A stretch of 63,518 nt of DNA, filler included, from Conidiobolus incongruus B7586 (taxonomy: Eukaryota), in NCBI GenBank assembly GCA_000697335.1. It is 14 parts of 14 records of this genome, joined end to end, with 100 filler letters (N's around TTAATTAATTAA, not from the genome) between each part and the next. Parts side by side here need not be neighbours in the genome. Positions count along the whole stretch, not along the records: positions 7,003 to 13,994 come from JNEM01000216.1; positions 14,095 to 21,501 come from JNEM01000217.1; positions 21,602 to 24,559 come from JNEM01000220.1; positions 24,660 to 29,136 come from JNEM01000221.1; 10 more parts are not named here. One strand, 5' to 3'. Numbering within the stretch: the stretch's first letter is position 1; every line of letters starts with the position of its first letter. Shown here piece by piece: positions 12,525 through 25,591 of this stretch. The position numbers and the translations under genes are program-made. The notes beneath the pieces were generated by a model. That model searched no databases. It saw nothing but the letters and a program-made list of their open reading frames with translations, and was not told the DNA's origin.

Positions 12525-13640
12525 TTAAGCGTTTGTATGAGCTTGTATTGGATTATTAACTTCCTCATCAGGTTGACAAACTGGTGAATTGTTATTATTG
12601 GTATTGGAAACCTTTCTTTCCTTGATCGAGGATTGTTTGCAGGTTTTATAGGTTCACAGTAGAGTTTACCGCAAGTTCTGTATATTTTGAAAATAATTTA
12701 TCTATAGGAATATATTGAATCTATATACTACTCAAATATGACTAGTACCAAACTTCTTGCGATTGCCAGGGAATTAAGGAAGTTTATTTGGCTGAAATGT
12801 AAAATATAAGCTAGAAAATTAATTCTAATATGATATCAGAAAAGATTGCTAAGTTTAGGATCTTGAAGAAAGCAGTGATGATAAAATTCTTCTTAAATTG
12901 TCATTTTTAATTCAGGAACATAAGTGACAAGCCCGTAGAAGAGATGAATGGTGACTTCCGAAGCTTCCTGGAATAATTCGTCCAGTGTATTATGTCTATG
13001 TGTAATTATACTATTATTCAATTTCACAGTTAAATCAATTTACATACTCATTGTAAACAATTGGGAAAGTATTGTGATATTTATACGTATGGAAATTGCT
13101 CCAAATCCCTTCGTGAGGAGATCCTAATAGTTTGACCATGAGATCCACTTGATCAAAATCTATCATATCTGGGAATAGAGATCTTTTGAGCAGGAGTTTT
13201 GCATAAATACATACGGCAGACCTAAAGATGGGTCAGAAAGTGTTCATTAAATTAGAAAGAACAAAACTTACCACATATCAACAGCTATATTATAATTAGG
13301 TTGATTATTGAACATTAATTCTGGAGCTGGATATCATAGTGTACAAATTCTTGGTGTTAAATTTCCAGTCTGATCGATTGAACGGTAGCGTCTTCTCTTA
13401 TCCCAATGAGCTAAAATCCAACGAATACATTACCCAATATAAAATGAATATTAAGTCACTTACCAATTTTTAGCATACCATAATGTGTGAACAACTAATT
13501 AGACAATTCCAAACCTCTATATCCACCATCAGCTCACAACTTTAGCTGTCTTAACTACCACTTACCAATGAATAATTTGTCTATCATCACAATATTTTAA
13601 TCCTCTTAAAAATTGTAAAAATAATTCTTTAGCAAGTTCC
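12525..13640 (-). pseudogene. CDK10/CDK11-like cyclin-dependent kinase pseudogene, intron-containing, N-lobe missing
   Basis: Exon remnants read FLQFLRGLKYCDDRQIIH, GLELSN*LFTHYGMLKI, LTPRICTL*YPAPELMF, AVDMWSAVCIYAKLLL...QVDLMVKLLGSPHEGIW and MTI*EE. HRD and DFG are destroyed, there are several in-frame stops, and GT-AG introns are retained. Confidence 0.85.
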
Positions 13641-13699
13641 TAAAGTTAATTAAACTTAAATAATGCTATAAAATGGATGATAATTAGCTTCCAAACTAT

Positions 13700-13994
13700 A
13701 TTTATTACTTTGTAATTTAAATAATGGGAATTTTTTGTAATTGAAAAAAAACATTTAAATATATAAAATATAAAAATAAATATAAAATATAAAATTAATA
13801 ATTTCTTTTATTATTAATAACTTTTTACTATACTTTTAACCAACTTTTAACATTTAAAAAATAATTTTTTTATTAAAAATTAAAATTTGATATTTTATAA
13901 ATTAATTAAATTTTCCTATAGAAATTTATTTTATAAGCTAGTTTTTTAATTACTTAAAATAATTATAATCACATAAGTTATAATCTAAAGAATA
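13700..13994 (-). mobile_element. Degenerate mariner fragment (3' part), cut by a gap
   Basis: 13935-13990 (aagctagttttttaattacttaaaataattataatcacataagttataatctaaa) closely matches 35191-35245 of mariner copy B. Confidence 0.7.
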
Positions 13995-16900
13995 NNNNNN
14001 NNNNNNNNNNNNNNNNNNNNNNNNNNNNNNNNNNNNNNTTAATTAATTAANNNNNNNNNNNNNNNNNNNNNNNNNNNNNNNNNNNNNNNNNNNNATTATA
14101 TATTATATTCATTGATTGTTAATTATTTTTATCCAATAATTATTTTATTTAAAATATCTATTAATTGAAATTATTTTATATATAACTTAGAATATATATT
14201 AAATTAAAATTCAAAATTAACTAAGGAGTAAAAAATTTATAAAGACAATATTTTTTTAGTATTTATTCTAATTTTAAAGTTTATTAATTATATTTGTTTT
14301 GGTATGGAATATATTATTTATAACCAAAATCCATTATATCATTTGATAATATTAAAATAATCATCAATCCTTTTAATATTTTTTATTGTGTTTTAAATTT
14401 TAAACTTTGAGTTATAAAATTACTTAAAATATTAGGTCTTAATTAAAAACGTAGCAATGAATTCAATGGATTAAAAATTTATTAAAAGTAGTATAATCGA
14501 TACTATATCCTAGTTAGAAGTAATATCAATAAATTATCATAATTAATTCATAAAATAAACAGAGTAATTACTATATTCATTTAAAATTTATTCACTCAAA
14601 TGAAATAATAAAGATCTAGAAGACAGTACTTTAGATAACCGCAACACTTAAACCCATAGAAATGAATTCGATAAAAAATTAATAACTGCATCAACTTGAA
14701 AATTTAATAGTCGAGGCCTTAAGGATAAATCAGTTTCATGAAATGAATCTTTTGAATTAAATTTTGATTTCAAAATCCATTAATTTAGTCTAGAATTTTT
14801 ATTATTGAAATTGTTTTTATAAATTTTAAAAAATATTTTATTGTCACTTATATTTAAATAAAACTTTTTTAATATATTATTTTAATGTACTCAAAATTAA
14901 TGATTAATTCACTTTAATATTTAAATTATATACTATATAAAATAAATAATTGTTAAATACACTATATCAATATATCACACCCTAAAAAATTTTGTCATTT
15001 TTCTCAATGATGATCATCATACCAAGAAATATAAATAATGTATAAAGATGAATTCATAAAAACCTATTTTAATAAGTATTCATTTATTATGTTTTGGTTT
15101 TAATCTGATTCTTTCAAATGTGAATGTTGTAATGTTTTTGAAATTATAAATTAAAAATTTTATATTTCATATTGTAATAAATATTACTATTAGCAGTTCA
15201 AACTATTAAAACTAATATTGTATTTTATTATTTTGAACTATTATTTTGTCATTATAATCATTTAAAATTATACTACTATAATCATAAAGGTAAAATCCAT
15301 AATTGAATAATATTTAATAGTAAAATTATGAAAAACGAATAATGATATTCACTATCAAAACCTTATATTAATGGAACTTATTAATAAATGAAAATTTTGG
15401 AATGTAATATATGTCACTTTACTTTGAATTTGACCATAACTTGAGTCATTGTATTTGAATTATTTAATTTATTTTATATCAATAGTAATAAATAGATATG
15501 TGTATAAAAATTAATATCAATAACCATAATGAAATAATATAATATATTAAAGTAATTAATTGATCAAAAATTAATATCTATAATATTAAAATTTATTTTT
15601 ACTATTCGAAATTAATTTTAATTATTTTATTTATTTAATGTGTCAAAGTTTAACAAAAAAATTGGGGAAAAAATCATAAATTGATTTGAAATATTGAATA
15701 TTACTATATTTAGATAATCAATAACAAGTTTTATACTGATTGTATATTTTGAAATACTTTAACTTGATTTGATTTTTTAACAAAAAATAATATATATATA
15801 TATTCTATTACTTTAATATAATTAATGAATATTAGAAAAATAATAAAATGAAATTAATAAAATACTTCAAATAAATGAAGAAAATAGTAAAAATTCATTA
15901 TAAAATAACATAGATTAATCTTTTTAAAATAAACCTATAAGATTTGAGGTGTATACTGAATATATATTAAACTAACAGAAAAATATATAAGATTAACCAA
16001 AATAGATTGTCTACTATTTAATTGAATTAAATTTATTTGAGATCATCAAAAGTTTTACTCAATAGAATCAAATAAAGTAGGGTTAGAAAGATGGAGATCA
16101 GAAGAATACCTTGTATCTCCACCAACAAATGATTATTCAGAGTAATTAACCGATGTTAATCTTAATACATGGACTACTTTATAGAGTTAATCAATTTGAT
16201 TAAAATGAAAGACTTTATGATTCAGCTTAATTTCATTGGTAACCACTCAATTTCAGGAGTTGAAAAAAGTATTGAGACCGTAATCCAATTACCTTAATAG
16301 ATTAGTTATAATATGGTTGGCTAAACTAAGTAATTATTTGCTAACAAAGATAAATATTATATTGATATGGATCAATATAGAAAGTTATGTCAGAATAATT
16401 TTAAGTTTAAGGATAATTTCAATAAAATATATAGTAAAGTGATATCTATTGAAGTCATGGAAATCATACCTTTTGTAGAACTTTAGTAATCAATAGGAAT
16501 CAACATATTTGATGTCACAAAGGTAGTAATTTGTTTTGATAGGTTGTTAATTTAACAAATGGTTTGAGTTTTACTTTGATAAATTAAATTTAACCAATAA
16601 TTTGCCTTATGCTAGATATATTGATGTATTAAACAGAGTGAATATAGGGATATATGATATATGATATGCGATAGAGTAATAATTGCTATATCCTTATAAT
16701 TTTTTTGAAGACCGGCTTTTAAGTATTGATGTATCTTTGATTAGGGTTACAGATTAATAAGCCAGTATTATGAAATAATAAATGAAATATTCACAAAAAA
16801 ATCTAAGGTAAATTGAAATTGAGGCATTAAATTTATATGGAAATCAGTTTGGGGGTGCATATGTAATCACCTGATTAGTTTATATTTGGTAATTATTCGG

Positions 16901-17184
16901 ATTAAGACAAATTTATTAAACAATTGAGCGGATTCGACTGTCTTGAACAATTTTATTCATATAAGCGAATTATGTATAAATATCAGGGGTTCCTCGATGT
17001 CATTTAACTTTTTGTTTTAATGGTTTTATTTAATCTTCCTTCGTTGTATTCTTTTCTCTGATCAAAATATCCATTATTACTAAAAAGCTGATATTTAAGT
17101 TGCTTCTTTTACTCAACTACTCATTTAACATTCGCTAAAACGAATCCTAATTTGATTAGTTTATTCAATATATACTTATTCATC

Positions 17185-18361
17185 ATGATTACAAGTTCAA
17201 TGAATTCTCCTACATCACCAATTAAGTCTACAATATTCCCCAAATGGTTCTCTAAATTTACATCACATAATACAAAGAATCAAGGTATTTTGAATCATTT
17301 ATTTAACAAAATAATGTTAACTAACTGAATCAATAGCTATCAAAAAGCCATCTCCAGGAATATTTGGAATTGGGCTTAGCTCTTTACTTGATATGACTGG
17401 TACATCAGTACCTCTCTTAACAGAGCCTGAAATTCTTATTCAACTACCCCAGCTTGTCAACTGTTGCTGTAATCATATTCTCACTTACGGTTCGACAACA
17501 GTAGGTATATTTCGTATTAATGGAAACAACAAACGTATGGAACAACTACAAAAGGAATTCAGCAATGATCCAAAACTTAGCTTCATTGATTCAGTTAAGT
17601 ATACTCCTCACGATGTAGCTGGTGTTTTGACGCGGTTTCTTTCTCACCTCCCTACTCCTCTCATTCCACCCAACTTTTATGATCCTTTAAGATACACGTG
17701 GCTATACTTGGAAAAGGAGGAGGATCGGATAGAAGCGTTTATAGATTGCTTATCCCGCCTCCCCTACCAAAATCGTCATCTTCTCATGTACATTCTCAAC
17801 TTTTTGAGTTTACTGAGCATGAATGAAGACCATACTCAAATGGGTTTGTCCAATTTATCAAGCATCTTCCAACCGAATATTCTCTCACATCCACAGCATC
17901 TCCTTCAGCCCAAAGAATATCTCATCAGTCAGAAAGTACTCGAATATATGATTGCAAATAACACTAGTTTTTTAAAAGTGCTATCAACCGAATACGACCT
18001 CAGTCCCAGTCGCAGAACTTCCAGATCGAGCATAGTGATGAAAGATTTGAGCTCAAGAAGGAGGGGGAGAAACTTTGCACCTGAGTTTTCACCCACTCGA
18101 AGCCTGAGCTTCACTGATCGACTAAGTCGTGTCTCCAATCTTGGAGATGGGTCATCATTTTCTATCATATCCGAATCCTCATCTTCGAATCGATCCAGCA
18201 TTAGAAGCAGATTCATGCGCCAATCCATCATATCTACCACATCATGCCCTCCTATTGAGAAGAGCGAAAACTTTGTCAAAAGGAGTAGTAAACTAAGTTC
18301 AAATAGGTTTGGAGGTTGGTGGGATCAGATTAACAATAGGCTGTCTCTCAGAATGACATAA
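17185..18361 (+). CDS. Rho GTPase-activating protein, Sac7/Bag7-like, 2 exons (17185-17284, 17337-18361)
   Basis: GIFG...L entry motif, arginine finger GIFRING, HDVAGVLTRFLSHLPTPLIP, MGLSNLSSIFQPNILSHP and a Ser/Arg-rich tail. The upstream exon joins in frame. Confidence 0.9.
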
Positions 18362-21300
18362 AATATTTCCTAATCAGGAAAATTCATGACCCTTGACAGA
18401 TTAAAAACTAAAGAGTATTAAGCTCAAAGGAGTTATATAAAATTACCGCTGTATTATATATTTTTAAGACCTTTTAGTATGAAATAAACTCTATAATTTC
18501 AAAGATCAATATTTTATCATTTTTTTATTAAATTTTATTTCAAAAATATATATTAAAAATGAATATTTTATATAAATAAAAAGTATATATTAAATTATAT
18601 TTTATAAAATGAAAATTATATTAAATTAATTAATTAACCTTAAAAAATAATTAATTTTTAATTATTAATTTTATAAATTTAAATTAAGTAATTTTTTATT
18701 TAGTATTATATAAAATTATAATTACTTTTTATAGATTTTTATTAAGAATATATAAATATAAAATTAAATAATATTTATTTTATTTAATAATCTTTTCTTA
18801 TTATTAAATTTATTAATTTTTCTCATTAACTTTGATAATAACTGTTTTTTGATTAAATTGTTAAAATAAAATTTAAATTAGATTAGAAGGATATTTAAGT
18901 TAATTAAACTTAAATTATAGAATTAAGCCAATACCACTCTATTATTCCTTTTATATCAATTAATATATAAGTGAAAATTATCAAATTGGTAAAAATATCA
19001 ATTACAATTTTTAGTGGTGTTTATAAGTTAATTAATAGAGAGTTTAGGAGGAGGTTTACACCGGATTTCAAGTTTATATTTAACAACGATTTTGATCCTT
19101 TTTAATTAATTTTCATTTATTATCAATCATTAATATATATTATCAATTAATTGTCATATTTAATATTTAATATTAAACATTATATCAAGTATTAAAATGA
19201 ATTTGACATTGAAATTAATATATGAATGGTCCGATTGTGGACTAAATTTTGGAACCTTTATATTAATATATTTAAAAGTTTGAGGTGATAAAAGTTAAAA
19301 ATTGATCAAATAGGTTTATTGCTTTATAAATTACTTATTGATATTCATTGACAATTTTATGACTCGGAATTATAATAATTTAATTTAAATATATATATAT
19401 ATATATATGTTTCATTAATATAAATGATAATAAACACCAATTGATTTTAACAGTCAATATATTTGATAACATTAAACTTTTCAATTTATCCAATTAAAAT
19501 AATTGTCGGAATTCTAAAATTTATAATGATTGAATATATTTAGTTAGATAAGTAACGATTCGAAATAATAATAATTAAATTTCTTACAATTAAAAAATTG
19601 TTAAATATGAATTATTGAACCCATTATTGGACGATCTTTGAGGTATATTCATCAGCATTAATCCATGTATTAATCTATTCCAGGTAATATTCTGTATTTT
19701 TAAGTTATTGGTTGAAAATTCTGATCAAATATGAAAATCTATAGATTATTTAACATCAAATTATTCATTTCATAATTTTTGTTCATTTATCAGAATTGAA
19801 TGTTATTAATATAAGTATAAATGATTATTTTAAATGAATTAAACATTCTTAATTATAATAATTGTTTTAAAGTTTTAGAACAGATATTTATATTAACGAG
19901 ACATCAAAATATTCAATGTAAAATTGTTATTATAATATATTTTACACTGTTAATATATAATGAATTGGTATTCTTTATTTCAATATTACCATCATTATAT
20001 AATTAAAATTATTAACCATTAATTATAGTTTTTCACTTATTTCATTATAATGGATGCAATTGATAGTGCCATAATACCTATATTAACACTCTTCACAGCC
20101 AGTTTTACCTTGGATTTTTAATAAAATAATGATAGAGCTGAGCAATTACATCAGTTATAATCATTATATTATTTATTTAATGATAATATTGTCCTAATAT
20201 AAAATATGCAAAATGATTTTTAAAATTTTTATAATATTTCAATTTTTCTTTTCTTTTTTTATGAATAATTTAATCATTATTAATTGAAAATAGCAATTCT
20301 TAATTTAACACAGTTGTATCATATTATAATTTATTTCATAATATTGATATTGAATATTATCCATCATTCTGTACTAATGATGGATCTCATATTTCATAAC
20401 CTAAAACTGCTTCATTAATGACTATATTACTTTAAATTAGTTTTATATTTAATTAATTTATCTCAATTTTAAAACTATAAGGATTATTAAATAATCAACA
20501 ATTATCCAATTTTTTTATAATTTCAAAGATAATAATAAAATTAAAATTTGACATATTTTAACTAAATATAAAATTAAAATTCTGTAAATATTTTGAAAAA
20601 TTTATTATTTTATTAAATTTTACTTATAACGTTATTGGAAAATAAAATAAATTTTTTAAGTTAGAAATATAATCAAATAAATATTTTGAAATTAATATTT
20701 TGGCATTTGCAAAACAAATTCAATTGCCCAATTATTAGAATTATACTTTTTAAGACATTAATATAATTTAGATAAAAAAGACATCCATAGAATGATTTCA
20801 TTATCAGCATAAGAGCTGTAATTTTTATGTCAATGTAGTGTAAGCCTTTTTAGACAAGCTATTAACTACATCAAAAAGTATTCTGTAATTGTTTTTTAAT
20901 TGAAAATAGTTTTATTTTGCATTATTCATCATTATTGGAAATACAAATTAAATATTTACCAAAGATCAAATTAATATATTAGAATAAAATATAATAATAT
21001 TAAGCTAATTTATTTATAACCTTTGTTTTTTATTATTTGTATTGAAATGACAAGCTTAAGTCATCATATTGATCTTAAAATCATTTCGGCTTTTATTACT
21101 AGATTGGGAAAATATATTTTGGCACAAATAACAACAATATGTTTTTCTAAAAAACTAAAATGATGATAATAAATAATCAATACATGATATAAAATATTGC
21201 ACTAGTGAATAAAATAACTTGATCAAAAATATTAATATATTTATTTTATTTTCTTAAAATTCGGCATAATTTTCATATTATGCTAAATTAAATTTTAAAT

Positions 21301-21699
21301 TTGCATTATATTTATTTAATTAATAAATTTTCCATTTTAATTAATTTTTAATAATTAAATTTTATTTTATTTTTATTTTATTAAAATTACTTTTATTAAA
21401 TTTATTTCAATATTTATTAATTAACCTGTTTTATAGCTAACCATCATAAACTTAAACTATTAATGATTATTAAAAGTTATATTATCAAATTTTTGAATTA
21501 ANNNNNNNNNNNNNNNNNNNNNNNNNNNNNNNNNNNNNNNNNNNNTTAATTAATTAANNNNNNNNNNNNNNNNNNNNNNNNNNNNNNNNNNNNNNNNNNN
21601 NTATTATTAAATAATTGATATAAGAATATATATACTTAAAAATGATATTTTTTATATTTTTAAAACTCAAATATATGTTAAATAAAATTATTAAAAATA

Positions 21700-22960
21700 A
21701 ACTATAATCAAATTATATAAATAATATTTTATCCTTTATTAACATATAATATGAATCCTATAACTTAAATATAATTAATATAATATTTAAATAACGATAT
21801 AATATTAAATTTAAAATTAAATAAATGAATTAATAAGTAATAAATAAAGTTTAATAAATAATATAGAGTTAATAGTTTTTTTGATTAATAACTTTTTTCA
21901 ATCTTTTTAATAATCTTCTAAAATTTGAAAAATAGTTCTTTTTATTTAGGATTAAAATTTGATATTTCATAAATTAATTTAATTTTTTTAAAGGAATTAT
22001 TTTTCTTATAGGATGATTTTTTGATTATTTAAAATAATTATAATAATTATAATAATATGGTTTAAAATCAGGTGAATATACTAGATATAATAACTTTTCT
22101 TAGTTTTTTATATAAAAAATATTTTATAATTTTATGTATTTTAAAAATATTATGCAAAATAATGGTATCTTTGTTTTATATTAAAAATATCTTTTAGAAA
22201 TTATAATATTTAAAAAATAATATATAACTTATTATAAATTTATTTTGCCTAAGATATTAAATAAAATATATAATATTATAATCTAATATAATAATTAAAA
22301 TTTATTTTTATTTAATATATCTATTGATTGGAATTTATAAAAACGATTGATATATCTTAATATAATATCTTGTTTTGTTTTTAAATAAACAATTATATAA
22401 AAAAATCTAAGGTTGATCAATTATAAGTATTTATTATAAAAACCTTTATTTTGGTTATATTTTAATCAGTTTAGTTTAACTATAGCTATTTTAGTTTTCT
22501 TTTAGGTTTTCATTAAAATATGAAATATTTATTTTATATTATTATTAATTAATTTAAATTTAAACTTAAATATATATAATATGATTATATGATTAATATT
22601 AATTTATTTTGATAATTCTTTAATATAAATAAAAAGATATTTTTTAATATATTATTTTCTTTTATTAATTAATGAAAAAATAACAATAAAAATTTATTTT
22701 CTAGATTTTAGCAAATTTTGAATAATATCCCTTATATTTTTAAAATTATAATTTTAATAATATATTATGGTTTTAAATAGAAGATTATCTTTATAAGTTT
22801 TTTACAATTTTTAGATAATTTTACAGGGTTTATGATTAAGTTTTATAAATATAAAATTAAAATCTTTTTAATAATTACTATCTAGTTTAAATATAATTAA
22901 ATTTAAGTTAGATTTTAAAGCAAATTATTTTAATAAAAAAATATTGAAAATTAAATATAT
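21700..22960 (-). mobile_element. Degenerate mariner-family transposon, copy A
   Basis: The minus strand at 22055-22100 reads EKLLYLVYSPDFKP (mariner YSPD motif). 22620-22910 aligns by eye with 35810-36090 and 54755-55030. Confidence 0.75.
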
Positions 22961-22965
22961 ATATA

Positions 22966-24528
22966 TACTAGCCGAAAAAAGTAAGTTATAAAATCAAAAT
23001 TACTTATATATTTAATTATATCTTAAATAACTCTTAATTAAATAGATTTAAATTAAAATATATATTTTACCTATATTAGTTGATTATAACAAATTATATT
23101 TGATTATATTTCATTAACTATTGGTTAATATATTTAAACCTAAAATTTAACCAAGGTGAGTTATAAATTTGTGGGTTTATAAGTTAAAGGGATATAAATA
23201 ACAAAACCTATATATATATTTTTCTTTTATTATATTATATATATTATAGAACTTTTTAAGCTAATATTTTTGAATTAATATTTTAATATTTAAATCTCTC
23301 TCTAAACAGTTCATTTTTATATTAACTAACTTTATAATGAAAATTAATTAAATTATGAGAGTGTTAGAATTATTAGTGTTTACTAATCTATTATAGCTAA
23401 AGTTATTAAAAATTATACTAAAAACATACCTAAGCTAAAACTTAAATATATTAAGATTATAGATAAACATGATGAAAGATATATTTTTAGATTAGTTAAT
23501 ATAAGTTAATATAATATTGATATAAAAATACAATAAGAATTATAAGACTATATAAGAATATTTATTAATATTAATATTATTATAAATGTTTTATATTAAA
23601 ATAGATATTACTTATATTTTAAAAATAAACACCCCCAATTAAAAAAATTTTTTTATAAAGTTAGATGGGAGTTTAAATATTAATACTAAAGTTAAGTCAA
23701 AATTAATTAAAATAAGGTTATTTAATCTAATAAAACAAAAATATATCTTAATAGATTTAATAAAAAAGTTAAATATCATAAAAAAAATAAAAAATCACTT
23801 CATAACCATTATATTATTATAACCTAAAAATATAATAATAGGTTAATTATAATTGAGGGGTATATATTATCTTTAGGTATAGGGTATTTTTGTAAGGTTG
23901 ATAAAGGAATGAATATTGAGATATATCAAAGTATTTTAAATAATAAATTGACAAAAAACTATTGAATAGTATGAGTTAAATAAATTAAACTCTATTTTCC
24001 AACAAGATAATAGCTTTTGTTATATTATGAATTTTATTATTAAATGGCTTAAAAATAATAAAATAACTATTATAAAATAAACTCCTTAATTTTTTAATCT
24101 TAATTTAATTGAATATCTTTGGGATTAATTAAAAAAATCAATTAAAATTTTCCCCTAAGAAAAATTTAAATTAATTTTAGAAATATATTCAAGAAGCTTA
24201 AAATAATATTAGTCTTACCTAATATAAGAAGTTCTTGATTCTATACCCTATAAACTTAAAAAGTCAGAAAAACAAAAAATAAATATACTAGATATTAATT
24301 TTTCTATCAATACTAAAACTTGCAAATTTATGACCTATTTTAGATATACTTTTAGTTTTAATATATAAATTAATAATTAATTAAAATTAACTTTATATAT
24401 TATATTATAAATAAATAATATATATTAATTACATAGTTTAATATAAGTTTATTTAAGTTAGAATTGATTATGATATCTATAGAAATATTTATATTTTTAA
24501 TTTTATGACTCATTTTTGTAGGCTAATA
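22966..24528 (+). mobile_element. Near full-length degenerate Tc1-family transposon, copy A, with ~200-bp IR/DR termini in a TA run
   Basis: Relic motifs GIGYFCKVDKGMNIEIYQSIL, IFQQDN, NLNLIEYLWD and KTKNKYTRY* (cf. KAKGGYTKY). The termini ctagccgaaaaaagtaagttataaaa and ttttatgactcatttttgtaggctaa are imperfect inverted repeats. Confidence 0.85.
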
Positions 24529-25591
24529 TATATATAGTTTCAAAATATTTATTTTTATANNNNNNNNNNNNNNNNNNNNNNNNNNNNNNNNNNNNNNNNN
24601 NNNTTAATTAATTAANNNNNNNNNNNNNNNNNNNNNNNNNNNNNNNNNNNNNNNNNNNNATTATTATTAAATTTAAATATAATTAAATTCACCATTAGAT
24701 TTTTAATTAAAATATTTTAATAAATAATAACTATAAATATATATAATTTGAAAATATTATTTTTTTATATATTTTATATAAAATATATTTTGAATTTTAA
24801 TAATTTTTTTGAAAAGTCAAAAATTAATAAAATTTGCCATTTTTTTCTAAAATAATATTTATATAAAATAATTTTTTTAAATATTATTATTTTATGATTA
24901 ATAATTAATATTTTAAATAATCATATGACTATTAAATTAGATTAGTAAATAAGTTATAAATTATAGAAATAAAATAATGTTTATTATTTTTATTAAATTT
25001 ATATCTAATATTTTTGATATTTAATAATTATATATTCATTTAAATAGAATTATTTTATAAAATACTAAGTATTTTTAATTTTATCAATATTATAAAATTA
25101 TAATAATTTTATATAAATACCAGGAATATATCAGCTGATTGATTTCAATCTGGTCATATATAAAAATATAATTGATTCAATAATTTTTGTTTGATTATAT
25201 ATAGAGAATTTACCTAACTGGCATATGTTTATATCTAGTAAAAAATTAAATTTATTCTAAAATAATTATATAAAATATTTATTTTAATATTATTGATTTA
25301 TCAAATTAGGCATATATATTAACTGAATTGTAAAAATATATCTTAATAATTTTAGTAGAGAAAGTAATGTTAAAAGATCTAAATTAAATAACTCAAAGTC
25401 TGAATGAAAATGAATAATGTGTTAATTAAATTATAGATGCATTCTTATTAAATTATCAAAATAATGAAAATAAAAAATTGGTTTTATTATATATTTATTA
25501 ATGAAAATGTAAATAATTTAATAAAAATATCTATGAACTTTTGTATTTTAGTATCTAATAACATAGTATAATATAATATTAAAAAAGGAAA

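Noticed and set aside
13330..13340. In-frame TGA in the kinase remnant as selenocysteine or recoded Trp
   Set aside because: TAA and TAG stops and loss of catalytic motifs co-occur, and intact genes use TGG for Trp and TGA as stop. Pseudogene decay explains it.
17929..18279. 116-aa antisense ORF in the RhoGAP (likewise 8861-9088, 10686-10901, 43535-43717, 59839-60036)
   Set aside because: Each overlaps a well-supported gene on the other strand.
18367..18382. Mcm1-site-like palindrome TTTCCTAATCAGGAAA
   Set aside because: It lies just after the RhoGAP stop with no downstream gene to regulate.
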